Source of the DNA: the human T2T-CHM13v2.0 reference genome, Homo sapiens | Direction: 5' to 3' (one strand) | Length of the DNA stretch: 64,000 nucleotides | Assembly (NCBI RefSeq): GCF_009914755.1 | Contig: NC_060935.1 | Shown here: piece by piece, positions 18,894 to 39,495 of the stretch | How positions within the stretch are numbered: position 1 is the first letter of the stretch | Layout of the letters: every line of letters begins with the position of its first letter | Notes under the pieces: model-generated | Databases searched by the model: none | What the model was told of the DNA's origin: nothing | What the model saw: only the letters and a program-made list of their open reading frames with translations | Translations under genes and position numbers: made by a program

Positions 18894-19784
18894 GTGCTCT
18901 GCTCCATTTTTGAAAGCAACAAAATATTTAATTAGATCTGTGGCTTTTTATCCTCCCACTTCCCCTGTTCAACAGACAGTCATCATTGGCAGGGTTGTGT
19001 CTGTCGACTGCGATACTGACTGTGATATTGGCTCTCTAACCCTGGGACAGATAGGACAGTCCTCCGGGAAACAGAACAGCTTGTCCGTGTACTCAGGAAG
19101 CTCATGTGGGATACACGGTGGCCACACTCCTACTGGAAAGCTTTTCTGTTGCGACACCCTCTGCTCAGCATGATAGAAAAGGAGAAAAAGCTTCTATTTC
19201 CCAATAGGCTCTCTCTTATCCCGAGAACCTTATCTGGGAAAAAGGTAGCAGAGAAACGTGAAAGCAAGTTTCATCAGGAATGAGGAAATTGCCACTCATT
19301 TTGCTAATTTTGACCTATGAAACCCAAAGAGAAAACGTGTGTGGGATTTTGTTTTCATGTCTTGTGTTTTTCTTACTTTCCCCCTCTCTTCCTCCCTGTC
19401 TTCCCTCCTTTCCTTCTTCCTTTCTTTCTACTCACCAGGCATGTTGTATTTAAGCTATTTTGGTTCAGACTAAGGGAAATGAATCAAGGCTTTCGGAACA
19501 AATTAAAGAAGTACACAAATGCTCAGGATGAAGCCTTCATGTCCAATAGAAACGAAGGCCTGCTCTGCTCAAAATAACTCGTTCTTGCACCCTCATCCCT
19601 TTTGCTGTGTTTGCAGCTTGGAAACCCTACCAGACACCGAGGCCTTCTTAGGAAAAATATTTGTTTAAATCTTTCGCTTTCTCTGTGGTCTTTAAAAGCC
19701 ACTAAGCCACTCTGGTTTCTAGTCCAGGAATCAGCTTTTCTGGGCGTATCATATTGCCCAGCTGTGACCCTTCCAGGCACGTGA

Positions 19785-20146
<362 letters not shown>

Positions 20147-20761
20147 AAGGTTTTTGTACATGAGAAATTGGTGGCGAGTCCCATGAGGAAGTGCGGCGTA
20201 CACACAGGCGGATTTCCTTCACCATTAGTTCCTGTGTCAATCAGGGAACCCGCAATGAGACCATGTATTATGTACAGCATTGTACAGGGATTTTGTGGAA
20301 AATGTGAGAATAGACACAATCCATACACAATTCCTGACTCCTGTCCTCATGTAGCATCCAGTGTAGTTGTAAGGCATGTGAAAAAATTAGCAAATACTTT
20401 AAGACAGCACAGAATTGACACTACCTCTAATGCTGTGGCAGCTCAGAGGAGATGGCGACCCATAAATGATGAAAATCAGTGCAGGAAATGAGACATGAGA
20501 GACAAATGGAGGGAAAATGCAAAGGAGAAAGGCAGGAACGAGCTCTGGATGATTGGGTGGGAATGAACTCATTACTCAGGGTTAGACTGCAAGGGAAAGA
20601 GAAAAGGAGCAGTGAGGAGAGAGCGATTCATTTGATGGGAGAGTTAGGAGAAGGAAACTTCTAGGTAAATATTATTGGAATTGGCCTACAGAGAACAGCC
20701 CTGTTATATTTTTTTGGTTGTTATTTTTAGTTTAACAACAAGTGTCCGCTTTTATCTATAA

Positions 20762-20903
20762 TTTTCTTTTTCTTTCTTTTTTTGTAGAGATGGGGGTCTT
20801 GCTATGTTCCCTAGGCTGGTCTCGAACTCCTGGCCTCAAGTGATCCTCTTGCTTTGGCCTCCCAAAGTGTTGGGATTACAGGCATGAACTACTACGCACA
20901 GCT
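20762..20903 (-). mobile_element. FLAM_C
   Basis: Monomer. Confidence 0.82.
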
Positions 20904-21492
20904 TACGGTTTTCCCAGTTGATTGGTTTGCTAATCTTTGAGATTAATCCAGAGGCAAGCAGAGATCTATTTCACCCCTACCCCACAAAACCCCTCTTAAA
21001 TATCCAAGATTTTTGGTGGGCTGTGGTGTCACAGGTGAGTGAATTGAAATCATTAGGGAGTTGGATGTATTTCATTCAGCATGCAGGACTATCTGGCAGC
21101 AGAGACTAGAAGGGCCAAATCCTACTTCTCTGGATTTTGCCTCTGCAATAATCTAACAGCCATCTGCTTATATCACTTTTTAGAATAACCAGTCATTTAA
21201 TGTCATTCATTCATTTAATAAATACTTATTGAACACTTGCTATATGTCAGTCACCATCTGCAGCGCTGGGCATACAGCAGTGAACAAAACGGATATTCTC
21301 CTTATTTTGTCCTTCTCAGAAATGCGTACATATCCCTGAGGGTCTTGGGCAGTGAGACAGAAACATATAGCATTCTAAAATAATTATGTAATCAATATTT
21401 TCTTGGAGTGTCAGTTTACTAAATAAGTAATTGAAAACACTGCCCTGTATTTAAATATATACATATGGAGTGGAATACAAAATTTAAATGCA

Positions 21493-21785
21493 TTTCTTTT
21501 TTGAGACAGGGTCTGGCTCTGTCACCCAGGCTGGAGTGCAGTGGTGAGATCCCGGTTCACTGCAACATTTGCCTCCTAAGCTCAAGTGATCCTCCCACCT
21601 TAGCCTCCTGAGTAGCTGGGACAATAGGTGTGCACTACCATGCCTAGCTAATTTTCTGTATTTTTAGCAGAGACAGGGTTTCACCATGTTGCCTAGATGG
21701 GTCTTGAACTCCTGAGCTCAGGCAATCCGCCTGCCTCGGCCTCCTACAGTGCTGAGATTAAGAGCAAGAGCCACCACACCTGGCC
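21493..21785 (-). mobile_element. AluJ
   Basis: Full dimer. Confidence 0.9.
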
Positions 21786-21981
21786 TTATATGCATTTTTA
21801 AGCTAAAGCAAGACTTTAAAGAAATGCAATTTGTTCTGGGCTATGTCCCAAATCTCCAAGGTCCGCATGTACACTCCTCTGCCTTTAGAAGCACTCATGG
21901 AGAAGTTTGCAAAGCACTGCCCTACTTAACCTTGAGTGGCCTTACCACTGCCTACAAGATCAAGAGGAGACTCCTGCATGA

Positions 21982-22491
<510 letters not shown>

Positions 22492-23019
22492 CCACTCTCT
22501 TTGCTTTCTGCTCTCTCTTCGCACAGCAGGAGCACATAGGAAGCACCCACTGGACAATGTGCTGGGCTAGAGTATAACAAAGACAACTTCTTAGCCACAC
22601 CCACCATGTGCTACTCACACTGCTCACTGCCTCACCCTCCCTGCTTAGAAAATCTTTTCCTCTCTTCCAAGGGGCCAGCCTGAATATATTGCTTCGCCTG
22701 AATAGCATGAATTTCTTTTTTATCCATTTTCCTATAATACTCTGTAGACACTTCTGTAATAGATCTTACATTTTGTCATGCCTATATAGTGTCTCATCTT
22801 TTCTCCTACTGCATGTTAAATTCCCCAGGCAGGGCCATTCTTTTCAATTCTTCTTTGTATTTACACAGTGCTTGTCACCAAATAGGCCCTCAATGGATGT
22901 AAGCCGAATTAATTAAGTTTTCAGAGAGACATGCAAATTCTCTGGGAAGTTCATCTGAAAATATTAAGTAATGTATTAATTAATTTATCAATATATTAAT
23001 CAACTATTTACCAGTCCTA

Positions 23020-23142
23020 TTTTTTGTAGAGACGGGAGTCTCAGTGTGTTGCTCAGGCTGGTCTTGAACTCCTGGACTCAAGAATGCTCCAGCCTCAGCG
23101 TTTCAGTGTGTGAGGATTAAAGGTGTGAGCCACTGCACCTGG
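23020..23142 (-). mobile_element. FLAM
   Basis: Monomer. Confidence 0.78.
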
Positions 23143-23202
23143 TCTCCTGCCTTTCTACTCTTGAGCTAAGTTTATGAAGACAGTAATAAGAAAACAGAAC
23201 TA

Positions 23203-23503
23203 GGCTGGGTGCAGTAGCTCACGCCTGTAATCCCAGCACTTTGGGAGGCCGAGGTGGGTGGATCACAAGGTCAGAAGATCGAGACCATCCTGGCAAACAC
23301 GGTGAAACCCCGTCTCTACTAAAAATACAAAAAATTAGCCAGGCGTGGTGGTGGGCGCCTGTAGTCCCAGCTACTTGGGGGACTCAGGCAGGAGAATGGC
23401 ACGAACCTGGGAGGCGGAGCTTGCAGTGAACCAGGATGGCGCTACTGCACTCCAGCCTGGGCGAGAGTGCGAGACTCCATCTTAAAAAAAAAAAAGAAAG
23501 AAA
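23203..23503 (+). mobile_element. AluY-like
   Basis: TSD aagaaaacagaacta. Confidence 0.92.
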
Positions 23504-23694
23504 ACAGAACTAGTCTCTTCCCTCATGACACTTATAATTGTATGAAAAAGACTCATAGTAATGAGAGAAATAATTATAAGAATTTAATTATATTAAATGT
23601 GATAAGTTAAATATAATTAAGTGTATAAATGTGATAAATGCTATAAAGGAAAAGTACAGGAAACTATGAACATATAATTCCATCTTTAAATAAT

Positions 23695-24008
23695 TTCTTT
23701 TTTTTTCTTTTCTTTCTTGTTTTTTTGAGACAGAGTCTCTCTCTGTCACCCAGGCTGGAGTGCAGTGGCGTGATCTCAGCTCGCTGCAACCTGCGCCTCC
23801 TGGATTCAAGTGATTCTCCTGCCTCAACCTCCTGAGTAGCTGGGATTACAAGTATGTACCATCATGCCCAGCTAATTTTTGTATCTTTAGTAGAGATGGG
23901 GTTTCACCATGTTGACCAGACTGGTCTCGAACTCCTAACCTCAAGTGATCCACACACCTCGGCCTCCCAAAATACTGGGATTACAGGCGTGAGCCACGGC
24001 GCCCAGCC
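23695..24008 (-). mobile_element. AluS
   Basis: Full dimer. Confidence 0.92.
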
Positions 24009-24134
24009 CACCTCTTTTTATAATGACTTATTTTCCATATTAGTAATTAAGACTTATTGCGTGGAGGGAGGGAGGACTAAAAGGGGCAGTTTGTTCCACA
24101 TTTAAAAGCCAGAACTAAATCCTTCGGAGAGGAG

Positions 24135-24885
<751 letters not shown>

Positions 24886-24906
24886 AAAAACAAAGTAGGA
24901 CTACAA

Positions 24907-25210
24907 GGCGGGCATGGTGGCTCAGGCCTGTAATCCTGGCATGGCGGCCCAGGCCTGTAATTCCGAGGTGGGAGGATCGCTTGAGCCCAGGAGTTTGAGA
25001 CCAGCCTGAGCAACATAGCGAGATCTTGCCTCTACCAAAAATAAAAAGTAGCCAGATGTGGTGGCACAAGCCTGTAGTCTCAGCTACTTGGGAGGCTGAT
25101 GTGAGATTTTTGCTTGAGCCCAGGAGGTAGAGGCTGCAGTGAGCTATGATCACGTCACTGCATTCTAGCCTGAGCAACATGGTGAGACCATGTCTCAAAA
25201 AAAAAGAAAA
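24907..25210 (+). mobile_element. AluJ with duplicated 5' segment
   Basis: ggcatgg(t/c)ggc(t/c)caggcctgtaat occurs twice. Confidence 0.88.
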
Positions 25211-25577
25211 AGACTGCAAGTTAAAAAGTGAAAAATAATTAAAAGTTTAATCATCAGTATCTGTCAAACAACTAATTTGACCTTTTTCTCAAATTGAATA
25301 TTAAAATATATAGAGGTGGGAAGAATTTTATGAAACTTTTATACTAATAGCTACTTATATGGAGCACTTGCTAAGAGCTCTGTGAACAGCATCTTTTTTA
25401 ATCCTTACACGACCCCATACAATAGGTATGATTTTTATTCCCATTTTATAGATGATGAAACTGAGGCTTAGGGAAGTCAAAGAAATTGACTGCAGAAATA
25501 CAGCCAATAATTAGCACAGCCGGTGTTAAACTGAAGATCTGTCTGCTTTAAAATTTGTGCTTCTAAATGTTGTTCAG

Positions 25578-26290
<713 letters not shown>

Positions 26291-27279
26291 TAGTTCAGTA
26301 CCACTTCTCATTTGACCACCTTATCTTATACATCAGGCAGCTAAGTGACAAGCCACACTGATGCAAGTTAATGGCAAAGTTGGGACTGGAACCCAGGCCT
26401 TCTGACTTCTGACACCTTGTTGCTTTCAGAAACGGTGTTTCACATCTAATCCACCTACTCCTTCCTTTTTATCAAAACACACTTTTTTTTTTTTTCCTGG
26501 AGGCTCCAGACCTAAGAAACTAGAGAAATAAATATAAGTTACAGAGCCAGGGATCAACTTTTGTCTCCCGCTCTGTTTAGCATTCAAAACCACTAAGCCA
26601 CAGAGAAGACTCTGCCCACACTCAGAAAAGAGCATGTTAAAGCAGAATTGAGTGGAAACCTCTCTTCATAGGAATGCAGATGGTGAGAAAGAGTAAAAAT
26701 ATTCAAGGGAAAAGGAGGTAAAGAAAATTAGTGTTGGGGCTGGAGAACACTGCATGGTATTCATCTTTCAGAAATTTGAAACTCTGGGAACTTTACAGGG
26801 GAGTCCAAGGGATGTAACTGCCCCGAGAGGCCTCAAACTGGCCCTTTCGTGGATGAAGATCACTTCCCATCATTGTCACTCAGAGTCACCGTGGTCTGGT
26901 AGAGCTCCCTGGGAGGCGCTGGGAAATGGCCCCAGGACCATCGAGGCTTTGCCCTGCTTTCTGGGCAGGGTTCGGCAAATTAAAAAGGAAGAAAGATTAT
27001 TTATCGTCCACCCAGTGCAAATTAAGAAAAATGGTATGGTCTGGATGGTTTTTAAGCAAGTCAGGAGGGAGAAGAAAAATCTTAACACCCTTCCTTTGAC
27101 ACAAGCTGATGGCCCCTAAGTGATGTCCTCGCCCAGATGGACAGAAGCCCACCTTCACTGGCAGGCACCCACTGGGAACTGCATTGTTCCTGCCTCCTGC
27201 ACATGCCAGGGAATGGACAGCAGGCATTCTGGGAGGGTGAGGGTTGAGCTGTGGAAAAGGGTTGGGGAAAAAAAAGTAG

Positions 27280-27707
<428 letters not shown>

Positions 27708-28161
27708 GGATTTCAAAAATAATATCTGTCATTCCAAAATAGTACTTAGGTGATCATTTTTCTTTCCCCCCAAATAGTATGACTGTTTAGTTTTAGATCT
27801 TTTTCTCATCCTTCAAATATAAAGAGCCTAGAAATTTCTCTTGCTCCATCAATTCCATTGAGAAATATTTCCTGGTAGCCACAAAGATTAGAAAAAAATA
27901 CAGAAAAAAAAGAAAAAATATAGAAAGAATATTTTGACAAAGAAATATTTTGACTCTTGGAGGGAATTTCTAACTCTTCTTACTTTAATTTTATATATTT
28001 AAGATTAGAAGCAAAACAAAACAAATGAACAATAACCAAAAATAAGCCCAAAACTAATCTTTTCCAAACTCTTAAATACTGGGTTTCAAAACACAGTGTG
28101 GAGGATGGTTACTTGAGTGGGTTTGGGTCACATTGGAGTCCTGATTCTGCCCTTAATCTAT

Positions 28162-28485
<324 letters not shown>

Positions 28486-29021
28486 AAGATCCTTAATTTT
28501 TCTAAACCTACGTTTATCATCTATAAAATGAGCCATCTTTTCACATGGCTCTCATAAGGATTAAATGTAATCTTGTTTAAAGCATGTTATATAAAATTTA
28601 TCTTAGCTATTATAGTAAGAAGTACAAAAGTGAAGGAAAGTAATAATCTTTGCTGGGGGGCCTATGTGTAAGAAACCTCTCAGGAAGGAGCAGAACTGAA
28701 CCAAGTGCTGAGGCAGAACCTCTGCTCTACAAATAGCATTTTTTTTCTTTTTAGCAAATTGCAGAAGGATATGATTCCTAACTTCCTGCAGGCTGATTCA
28801 GTCCCATGCCAGGGCACACGGCCGGTGAGTGGGCAGCTGCCCTATTAAGGACTCAGCAAAGGAATGATTACTTTGGGGAACTGTCAAATACGGAAAGCTA
28901 TTCGGAAGGCCCACATGGAGATGGCTGTTTCCTAAATCACAGTTTCCCCAATGTTTTCTATTCCTCTGTGCTCTGAGGTGATAACTTTTTCCTTTTTTTT
29001 CTCTTATTTTTGTCTCTCTCA

Positions 29022-29637
<616 letters not shown>

Positions 29638-29805
29638 TCTGAGATTATAACTGCCCACTAAGGAATTCTAGAATTGTTGGGATGACCTGGAGATATGTTC
29701 AGGGAAAGACGGGAAGTTTGCAATGACATCAGTATAGAATCCACAGGCTCTAATGACTGGAAATGAGGCTGGAAAAGCGTAATGGAGCAAAATCAGAAGT
29801 TCACA

Positions 29806-30992
<1,187 letters not shown>

Positions 30993-31093
30993 AATAGCAT
31001 ACTAAGAAGATTAAAATTTGTCCCTGGTACTTAGGCAAAGGGGAGCCATTGGGGTTTTTAAGCAAGGGCATTTCATGTTCAAATTTGCACTCT

Positions 31094-31390
31094 AGACTGG
31101 GCACGGTGGCTCACACCTGTAATCCCAGCACTTTTGGAGGCTGAGGCGGGGGTGGGGGATCACGTGAGGTCAGGAGTTCGAGACCAGCCTGACCAACATG
31201 GTGAAACCCCATTTCTACTAAAAATATAAAAGCCCAGCATGGTAGTGCATGCTTGTAGTCCCAGCTACTCAGGAGGCTGAGGCACAAGAATCGCTTGAAC
31301 CCAGGAGGTGGAGGTTACAGTGAACTGAGATTGTGCCACTGCACTTCAGCCTGGGCAACAGAGTGAGACTCCGTCTCAAAAAAAAAAAAA
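31094..31390 (+). mobile_element. AluS
   Basis: TSD aaat(t)tgc(a/t)ctctag. Confidence 0.92.
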
Positions 31391-31528
31391 TTGCTCTCTA
31401 GCACGTGAGCTTGTCAGTGTGCCAGCACACTGTCAGGACAGCGTTTGGCTTCATGGATACCAGCTGTCATAAATCCAAGAGCAGCAATAAACAAATTAAC
31501 TGGTTTTGAAAATTTTTTTCCTTATTTA

Positions 31529-31895
<367 letters not shown>

Positions 31896-32117
31896 TTAAA
31901 AAAAAGGTGGGGGGAGGGGACCCTGATTTATGGAGCCTGTATACCATATGTACATGTATATATGGTCAAAGCTAAGGACTGACAATGTCCCAAGAGGGAA
32001 CAGTGAAAAACAAAGTCCTGAATGAGGTGTCTGTCATAGATATTTCAGGAGTCCAGGCTAGGAATTGGGTTAAGGTAAGATGATTGCTGTAGGTTTGTAT
32101 TTCCACTGTAGTATTTC

Positions 32118-33080
32118 TATTTTTTTTCACAATGAAGAACATTTTATTTACATAAAAAGAGAATAATATTTCACTAGGCAATAAATCCAGCATATTTCTT
32201 TTCTCTGCATATCTAAATCCAATGGTGATATTTTATAGGCTAATTTCTAAACAGATCCAAATTTTTGCAAAAATGATGAGAGCCATGTTTTGCTCAGGAA
32301 TACTATTGTCGCAGATACTAGTTTGCCTAGCCTCGGGTGGCAAAATGCTAAGCTGTGAATTCAGTATTTTCCAGCTAGTTGTTTCTCCTTGCCCCACAGA
32401 CTCTGGCAGCATGTACTGTTGAAAGACCCCTTATTGCTGCCACTTTTCTTCTCATAGTTGAATCCACTATGGGAGAACATTCACGTCCTTAAGATGCAAG
32501 TCCGAGCAAAAAGCCTCCCACAAATCTACCGGGTATCACAATGTGCTGCTTGATAAATTCTATTGCTTCTTCAATTAAATTGTTGATTTCCGGTGCTGCT
32601 TTGTTCGCTCGTTTCTTCATCTGCCTTTTTGCTTTGTTTGAATCTTTTTCAACTCTCTTCCAGTTAATCTGCACGTAGCCACTATGACTAGCAATCTGAC
32701 GGCAAGAAAGTCACCACCTACTGCAGTTGCTGCAAGTTTTCAAACTTTCTGGAACAAAAATCCTGCAAACCAGCCAGGAACACCACCCATTACAATCTGG
32801 GTAGCTACTGCGTATTTTTCCACCATAGATCCCGAACTGTGGCCAAACACTGGATTCCACCACTGGTGTCTTCGCGCATACTCAGTTAAATCCAACACTT
32901 CGTAAGAGTCGTCCTCACTTTCATATTCTTGGGGAGCCGGGTTCAGGTTGCCATGATACCGCCGGTGGCCAGTTCTAGGGTGGTCCCCCCCACCCCGCCC
33001 TCCTGGTCCCCCCCCACCCCACCCTCCTCTCCCTGGTGCTTTAAGGGCCGCTCTAGGCCAAGATGGAAGTCTATGGTCTC
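32118..33080 (-). pseudogene. FUNDC1 (pseudogene): Processed (retro)pseudogene of FUNDC1 (mitophagy receptor), full length with 5' and 3' UTR
   Basis: Minus-strand translation matches FUNDC1 end to end (..[40 protein letters not shown], ..[42 protein letters not shown]). CDS remnant 32954-32489, intronless. Lesions: 1-nt deletion in codon 4, GGA>TGA at 32740-32742, second 1-nt deletion near 32700. AATAAA near 32144-32149, poly-A at 32120-32127, TSD tccactgtagtatttc (32102-32117) / tccagtgtaatatttc (33081-33096). Confidence 0.96.
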
Positions 33081-33126
33081 TCCAGTGTAATATTTCATGG
33101 CTGGAACTTGGGTTATTACTTTTAAG

Positions 33127-33450
<324 letters not shown>

Positions 33451-33655
33451 TGAAAGTATAACTTTAGTAATTTACCAAAAATGGAATCTTACTTATGGGG
33501 CTGGCTAATGGCATTTGGTTTTAGATGTGACAGGCTGCCAACATAGGTAAACAAGGTTTGTCCTCATTCCAAACTGGGTATGTAAACCTCCCATGTCCAG
33601 TTTCCCGAGCCCCATATGTTTCCATTCAACCCTTCTCCTCTAGGAAACCAAATGA

Positions 33656-33928
<273 letters not shown>

Positions 33929-33949
33929 TAAAGCTCAAAAATGGCATCA

Positions 33950-34690
33950 AATTCAGAGGACTCGCGTTTAGAAGGAGGAAGGAGGAGATGCGGAAGGGAA
34001 AGAGGAGCAAAGCCTGGTGGAGCCGACAGGGTCCCAGAGGGGAGATGGCCATCTCCTAAGAATAAACAGTTTCACCAGAGGCCGAGCTTGGACCATCTGC
34101 TCACTGTTTGCTTTGGACGGCGCTGGCCAAGAGGTCTCAGGGTTAGGCTGTCCCCAGAGATGAGAGCTCCCCCGAGCAGGCTGCAGGCTGCCTGCAGCCT
34201 GTCGCCTGGGGCTGCCCTGATATTTCCGGAATTTTATAGAAAGGGGAAGGCTGAGCCTAAAACCTCTCTCGAAGGCGGCCACCCTGCCAGGCCCAGCTCC
34301 TCGCAAACAAAGAAGTCAGTTGGGCGCCCCGAAGCTGCTGGCCTTCTGAGTGGCGGAAGGCGCCAGGCTCGGTGATTGAAACCACATGTGCTGGAGGTTT
34401 CAAGAGCAGCGACCCAGACACCAGGGGACTGGCTGCGGCTGCTTTTTACGTCTCCTTTGTCCTTGGGGTTTCCAAAGTCAGATCCTCTAACTAGACCACC
34501 AGTATCCCAGCAGAAAGAGTAGTAATTTTATTTTTTTTTTAATTTGACGAAATAGCATTTCTCCCCTCCCTCCCCCAAACCATAAAATGACCGGAAACCC
34601 TCAGGGCCCGGGGCTGCCTCCTGGCGACTCGCTAAGCAGGGGCAGAAGCTCTGTCCTGGGCTTCTCCAGCTCTGTCCCTAATTCCCTCGG
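33950..34690. promoter_or_regulatory. GC/CpG-enriched unique segment (weak CpG island, candidate enhancer or promoter)
   Basis: About 25 CpGs counted by eye in ~730 bp of non-repeat DNA, far above the surrounding unique sequence. Confidence 0.45.
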
Positions 34691-35103
34691 ATGAGACAGC
34701 AAGGAGGGATGAAGTTGATTTGTGAGGGGTGAGGCAAATTCATTAAACTAGTATAAGATACACATGGACTGTTTTTAAATTTAAAACTTTAAAAAGTTAC
34801 AGGACTAAGACATAAATATATTCTCATTATAAAACACATGGAAACACTGCAAGGCCTTCCTTCACCTATTCCCATCAAGCCTCCTCCCCTCCCCCAAGTA
34901 ATTCCTGTTACGAATTTTATGAAGATCCTTCTGGATCTTTCTCTGGTGCTTATGTGTATGTGTGTGTACACATAGAAATATGAAACTTTATCTTACATTT
35001 AGCAACAACAGTATTTATGGTATGTATTGTTTGCAATTATTGCACTTTTCTGGAGGTTTTTAAAATTTTTTCCTGCTGGTTACAGAGATCTACTTTCTGA
35101 TAG

Positions 35104-35775
<672 letters not shown>

Positions 35776-35785
<10 letters not shown>

Positions 35786-35867
35786 AACTACAGAATAGTT
35801 TTCAACTCAACAGGAACCTCCTGAGATTCCTATTGAATTGAAAACTATTCTGTAGCTCAGAGGTTTG
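35776..35867. repeat. 92-bp fold-back palindrome (45-bp arms, 2-nt spacer)
   Basis: 41 of 45 positions are Watson-Crick complementary. Confidence 0.95.
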
Positions 35868-36114
35868 AATGTGAGATGTTCAAAAGGTTACTGGGCTGTT
35901 AGATGTCAAAAATAAAACAGAAGAAACAGGACTGGCCAGTGAGTTAGGGGCCTGCGTTCTGCAGCTGGTTCTGCTATTTAGAAACCTCTGTGGCCTTGAG
36001 CAATCAATTCTGTCTTTTTAGGGTTCAGTTTCCACATCTGCAATACAAAGGAGTTGGGCTGGATCTCTAAGCTTCGGTGGTAACATTTTAAGATTCTAAA
36101 ATGGATGGTAGAAG

Positions 36115-36960
<846 letters not shown>

Positions 36961-37210
36961 GGAATGAAAGGTGAAATGTAAAAGGGATTCTTATATTTGT
37001 TGCTAATGGAGATCAGTAAGTCAGAAGATAAGTTATCATTAGTTGGTGGAGGGAATCTTCCTCCAGATGACAATGTGGGGGGGTGTCCTGGTGTTTCTAT
37101 TGTTCTTCCACCTGCCTCCATCTTATACCTCCCCTCTACCCCCGAACCCTCACACTCCCACACACAACCTTTGCCCAAAGCTTTCCTCTCTTTCTCTCTG
37201 CCAACTCTAG

Positions 37211-37741
37211 GCCAGGGATCCTCAACCTCAGCACTACCGACTTTTCTGGCCAGGGAATTCCTTGCTGTGGGAGGGTTTCGTGCATTGTGGGATGTATAAC
37301 AGCGTCCAGTGTACAGTGGCCTCTATTCCCTACATGCTAGTTGCACCTATCCATACCCCCGATATGATTTAGATGTTTGGTCCCCTCCAAATCTCATGCT
37401 GAAATATGACCTCTAATGTTGGAGGTGGGCTAGTGGGAGATGTTTGGGTCTTGGGGGTGGATCCCTCATGAATGTCTTGGCTCCTCCCCTCTGGTAGTGA
37501 GTTCTGGATCATCTGTTAATTAATGTGAGAGTGAGTTATTGAAAGGAGCCTGGCATCCCTCACCCCTTGCTCCCTCTTTTGCCATGTGATATGTGGGCTT
37601 CCCCTTTGCCTTCCACCATGATTGCAAGCTTCCCAAGGCCTTCATTAGAAGCAGATGCCTAGCACTGTGCTTCATGTACAGCCGGCAGAGCCATGAACCA
37701 ATAAACCTCTTTTCTTTGTACATTATCCAATCTCAGGCATT

Positions 37742-37772
<31 letters not shown>

Positions 37773-38188
37773 GAGACGAAGTCTCGCTTTGTCGCCCAGG
37801 CTGGAGTGCAGTGATACGATCTGGCTCACTGCAACCTCCGCCTCCCGGGTTCACACCATTCTCCTGCCTCAGCCTCCCGAGTAGCTGGGACTACAGGCAC
37901 CTGCCACCACGCCAGGCTAATTTTTTGTATTTTTAGTAGAGACGGGGTTTCACCGTGTTACCAAGGATGGTCTCGATCTCCTGACCTCGTGATCCACCCG
38001 CCTCGGCCTCCCAAAGTGCTGGGATTACAGGTGTGAGCCACCGCGCCCGGCCAGGCATTCCTTGATAGCAATGCAAAATAGACTAATACAACCCTTCCTC
38101 CTTCCTTGTGCTGTGACAGTCAAAAATGTTTTCAGATATTGCCAAATGTTTCCTGGGAAACAAAATTGCCGTCACCCGAGAACCACTG
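37211..38188 (+). mobile_element. MER20 split by an MST LTR
   Basis: ctcaacctcagcactaccgac.. on the left; tgtgacagtcaaaaatg..cagatattgccaaatg..gagaaccactg on the right. Confidence 0.82.
37360..38090 (+). mobile_element. MaLR LTR (MSTB-like) containing AluY 37744-38052
   Basis: gatatgatttagatgtttggtcccctccaaatctcatg..gactaataca; TSD acccc/accct; Alu TSD aggcattcctt. Confidence 0.88.
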
Positions 38189-38554
38189 CTCTAAACCTAG
38201 GTCTCTTCCTAAGCCCAAATCAAGTTACCTGATTCTGGTTCAGAATGGGCTCTTCTGTCTGTGAAATGCTAAGGTGTTTAGTGTATATAGTAACTTTTTA
38301 CTTAACGATATAAACTTAATTAATTTATTATTTTTAATAATGTTTATGAAGTGGCTTATATTGTCTTGCATTCATCACTTGCAGTGTGCATATCTCGCCC
38401 CCCAAAACATGGTGAACGTTTTATAACTCCTTCACTTTTGTATGAGAAAATTTCACTCAAAATTTCTCCTCTCCACTGTGGCCCCAGCAGATGGGCTACA
38501 ATCTCTGGTAGAGCCAGAAAGAATTAAATTGAGCTAACCAAAATCCCCCCAGCC

Positions 38555-38850
38555 TTTTTTTTTTTTTTTTGACAGGGTCTCGCTTTGTCCCCCAGGCTGG
38601 AGTACAGTGGTGTGAGCACGGCCCACTGGACCCTCGACCTCCCAGGGTCAAGCGATCCTCCTGTCTCAGCCTCCTGAGTAGCTGGGAATACAGGTTCATG
38701 CCACTATACCTGACTAATTTTTGTACTTTTTGTAGAGATGGAGTTTTGCCATGTTGCCCAGGTTGGTTTCAAACTTCTGAGCTCAAGCAATTCCTCCTGC
38801 CTCGGCCTCCCAAAGTGCTGGCATTACAGGCGTAAGTCACTGCGCCTGGC
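38555..38850 (-). mobile_element. AluJ
   Basis: Full dimer. Confidence 0.9.
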
Positions 38851-39189
38851 TGATCTAGCCAAAATTCCTTAAGTTTGACCTTGATTCTACATGTTGGGGA
38901 TGGGGTAACAGAGGCATTAGGAGATCCGATTGTCCAGGCACTGCTTTCCGATATACCACTAGGGACTTGTCGTTGAAATGCAAGTTGTTGAAGCTGTTGA
39001 AATATGAGCCTAAGATCAGGGCAGTTTCCACAGTGCCTGGCAGAGAAAGTGGGAAACCTATAGTAAGCGGCTTTGACCTTAGCATCCTACAGTCAAGCCT
39101 TAAGTGAGAGAAGGGGGAACTTAGGAGTCACAGTGCAAAATCTCCTAGGAACAGTTGTGGATGAGGTTCTTGGCTGGATGAGGTTTCTT

Positions 39190-39495
<306 letters not shown>

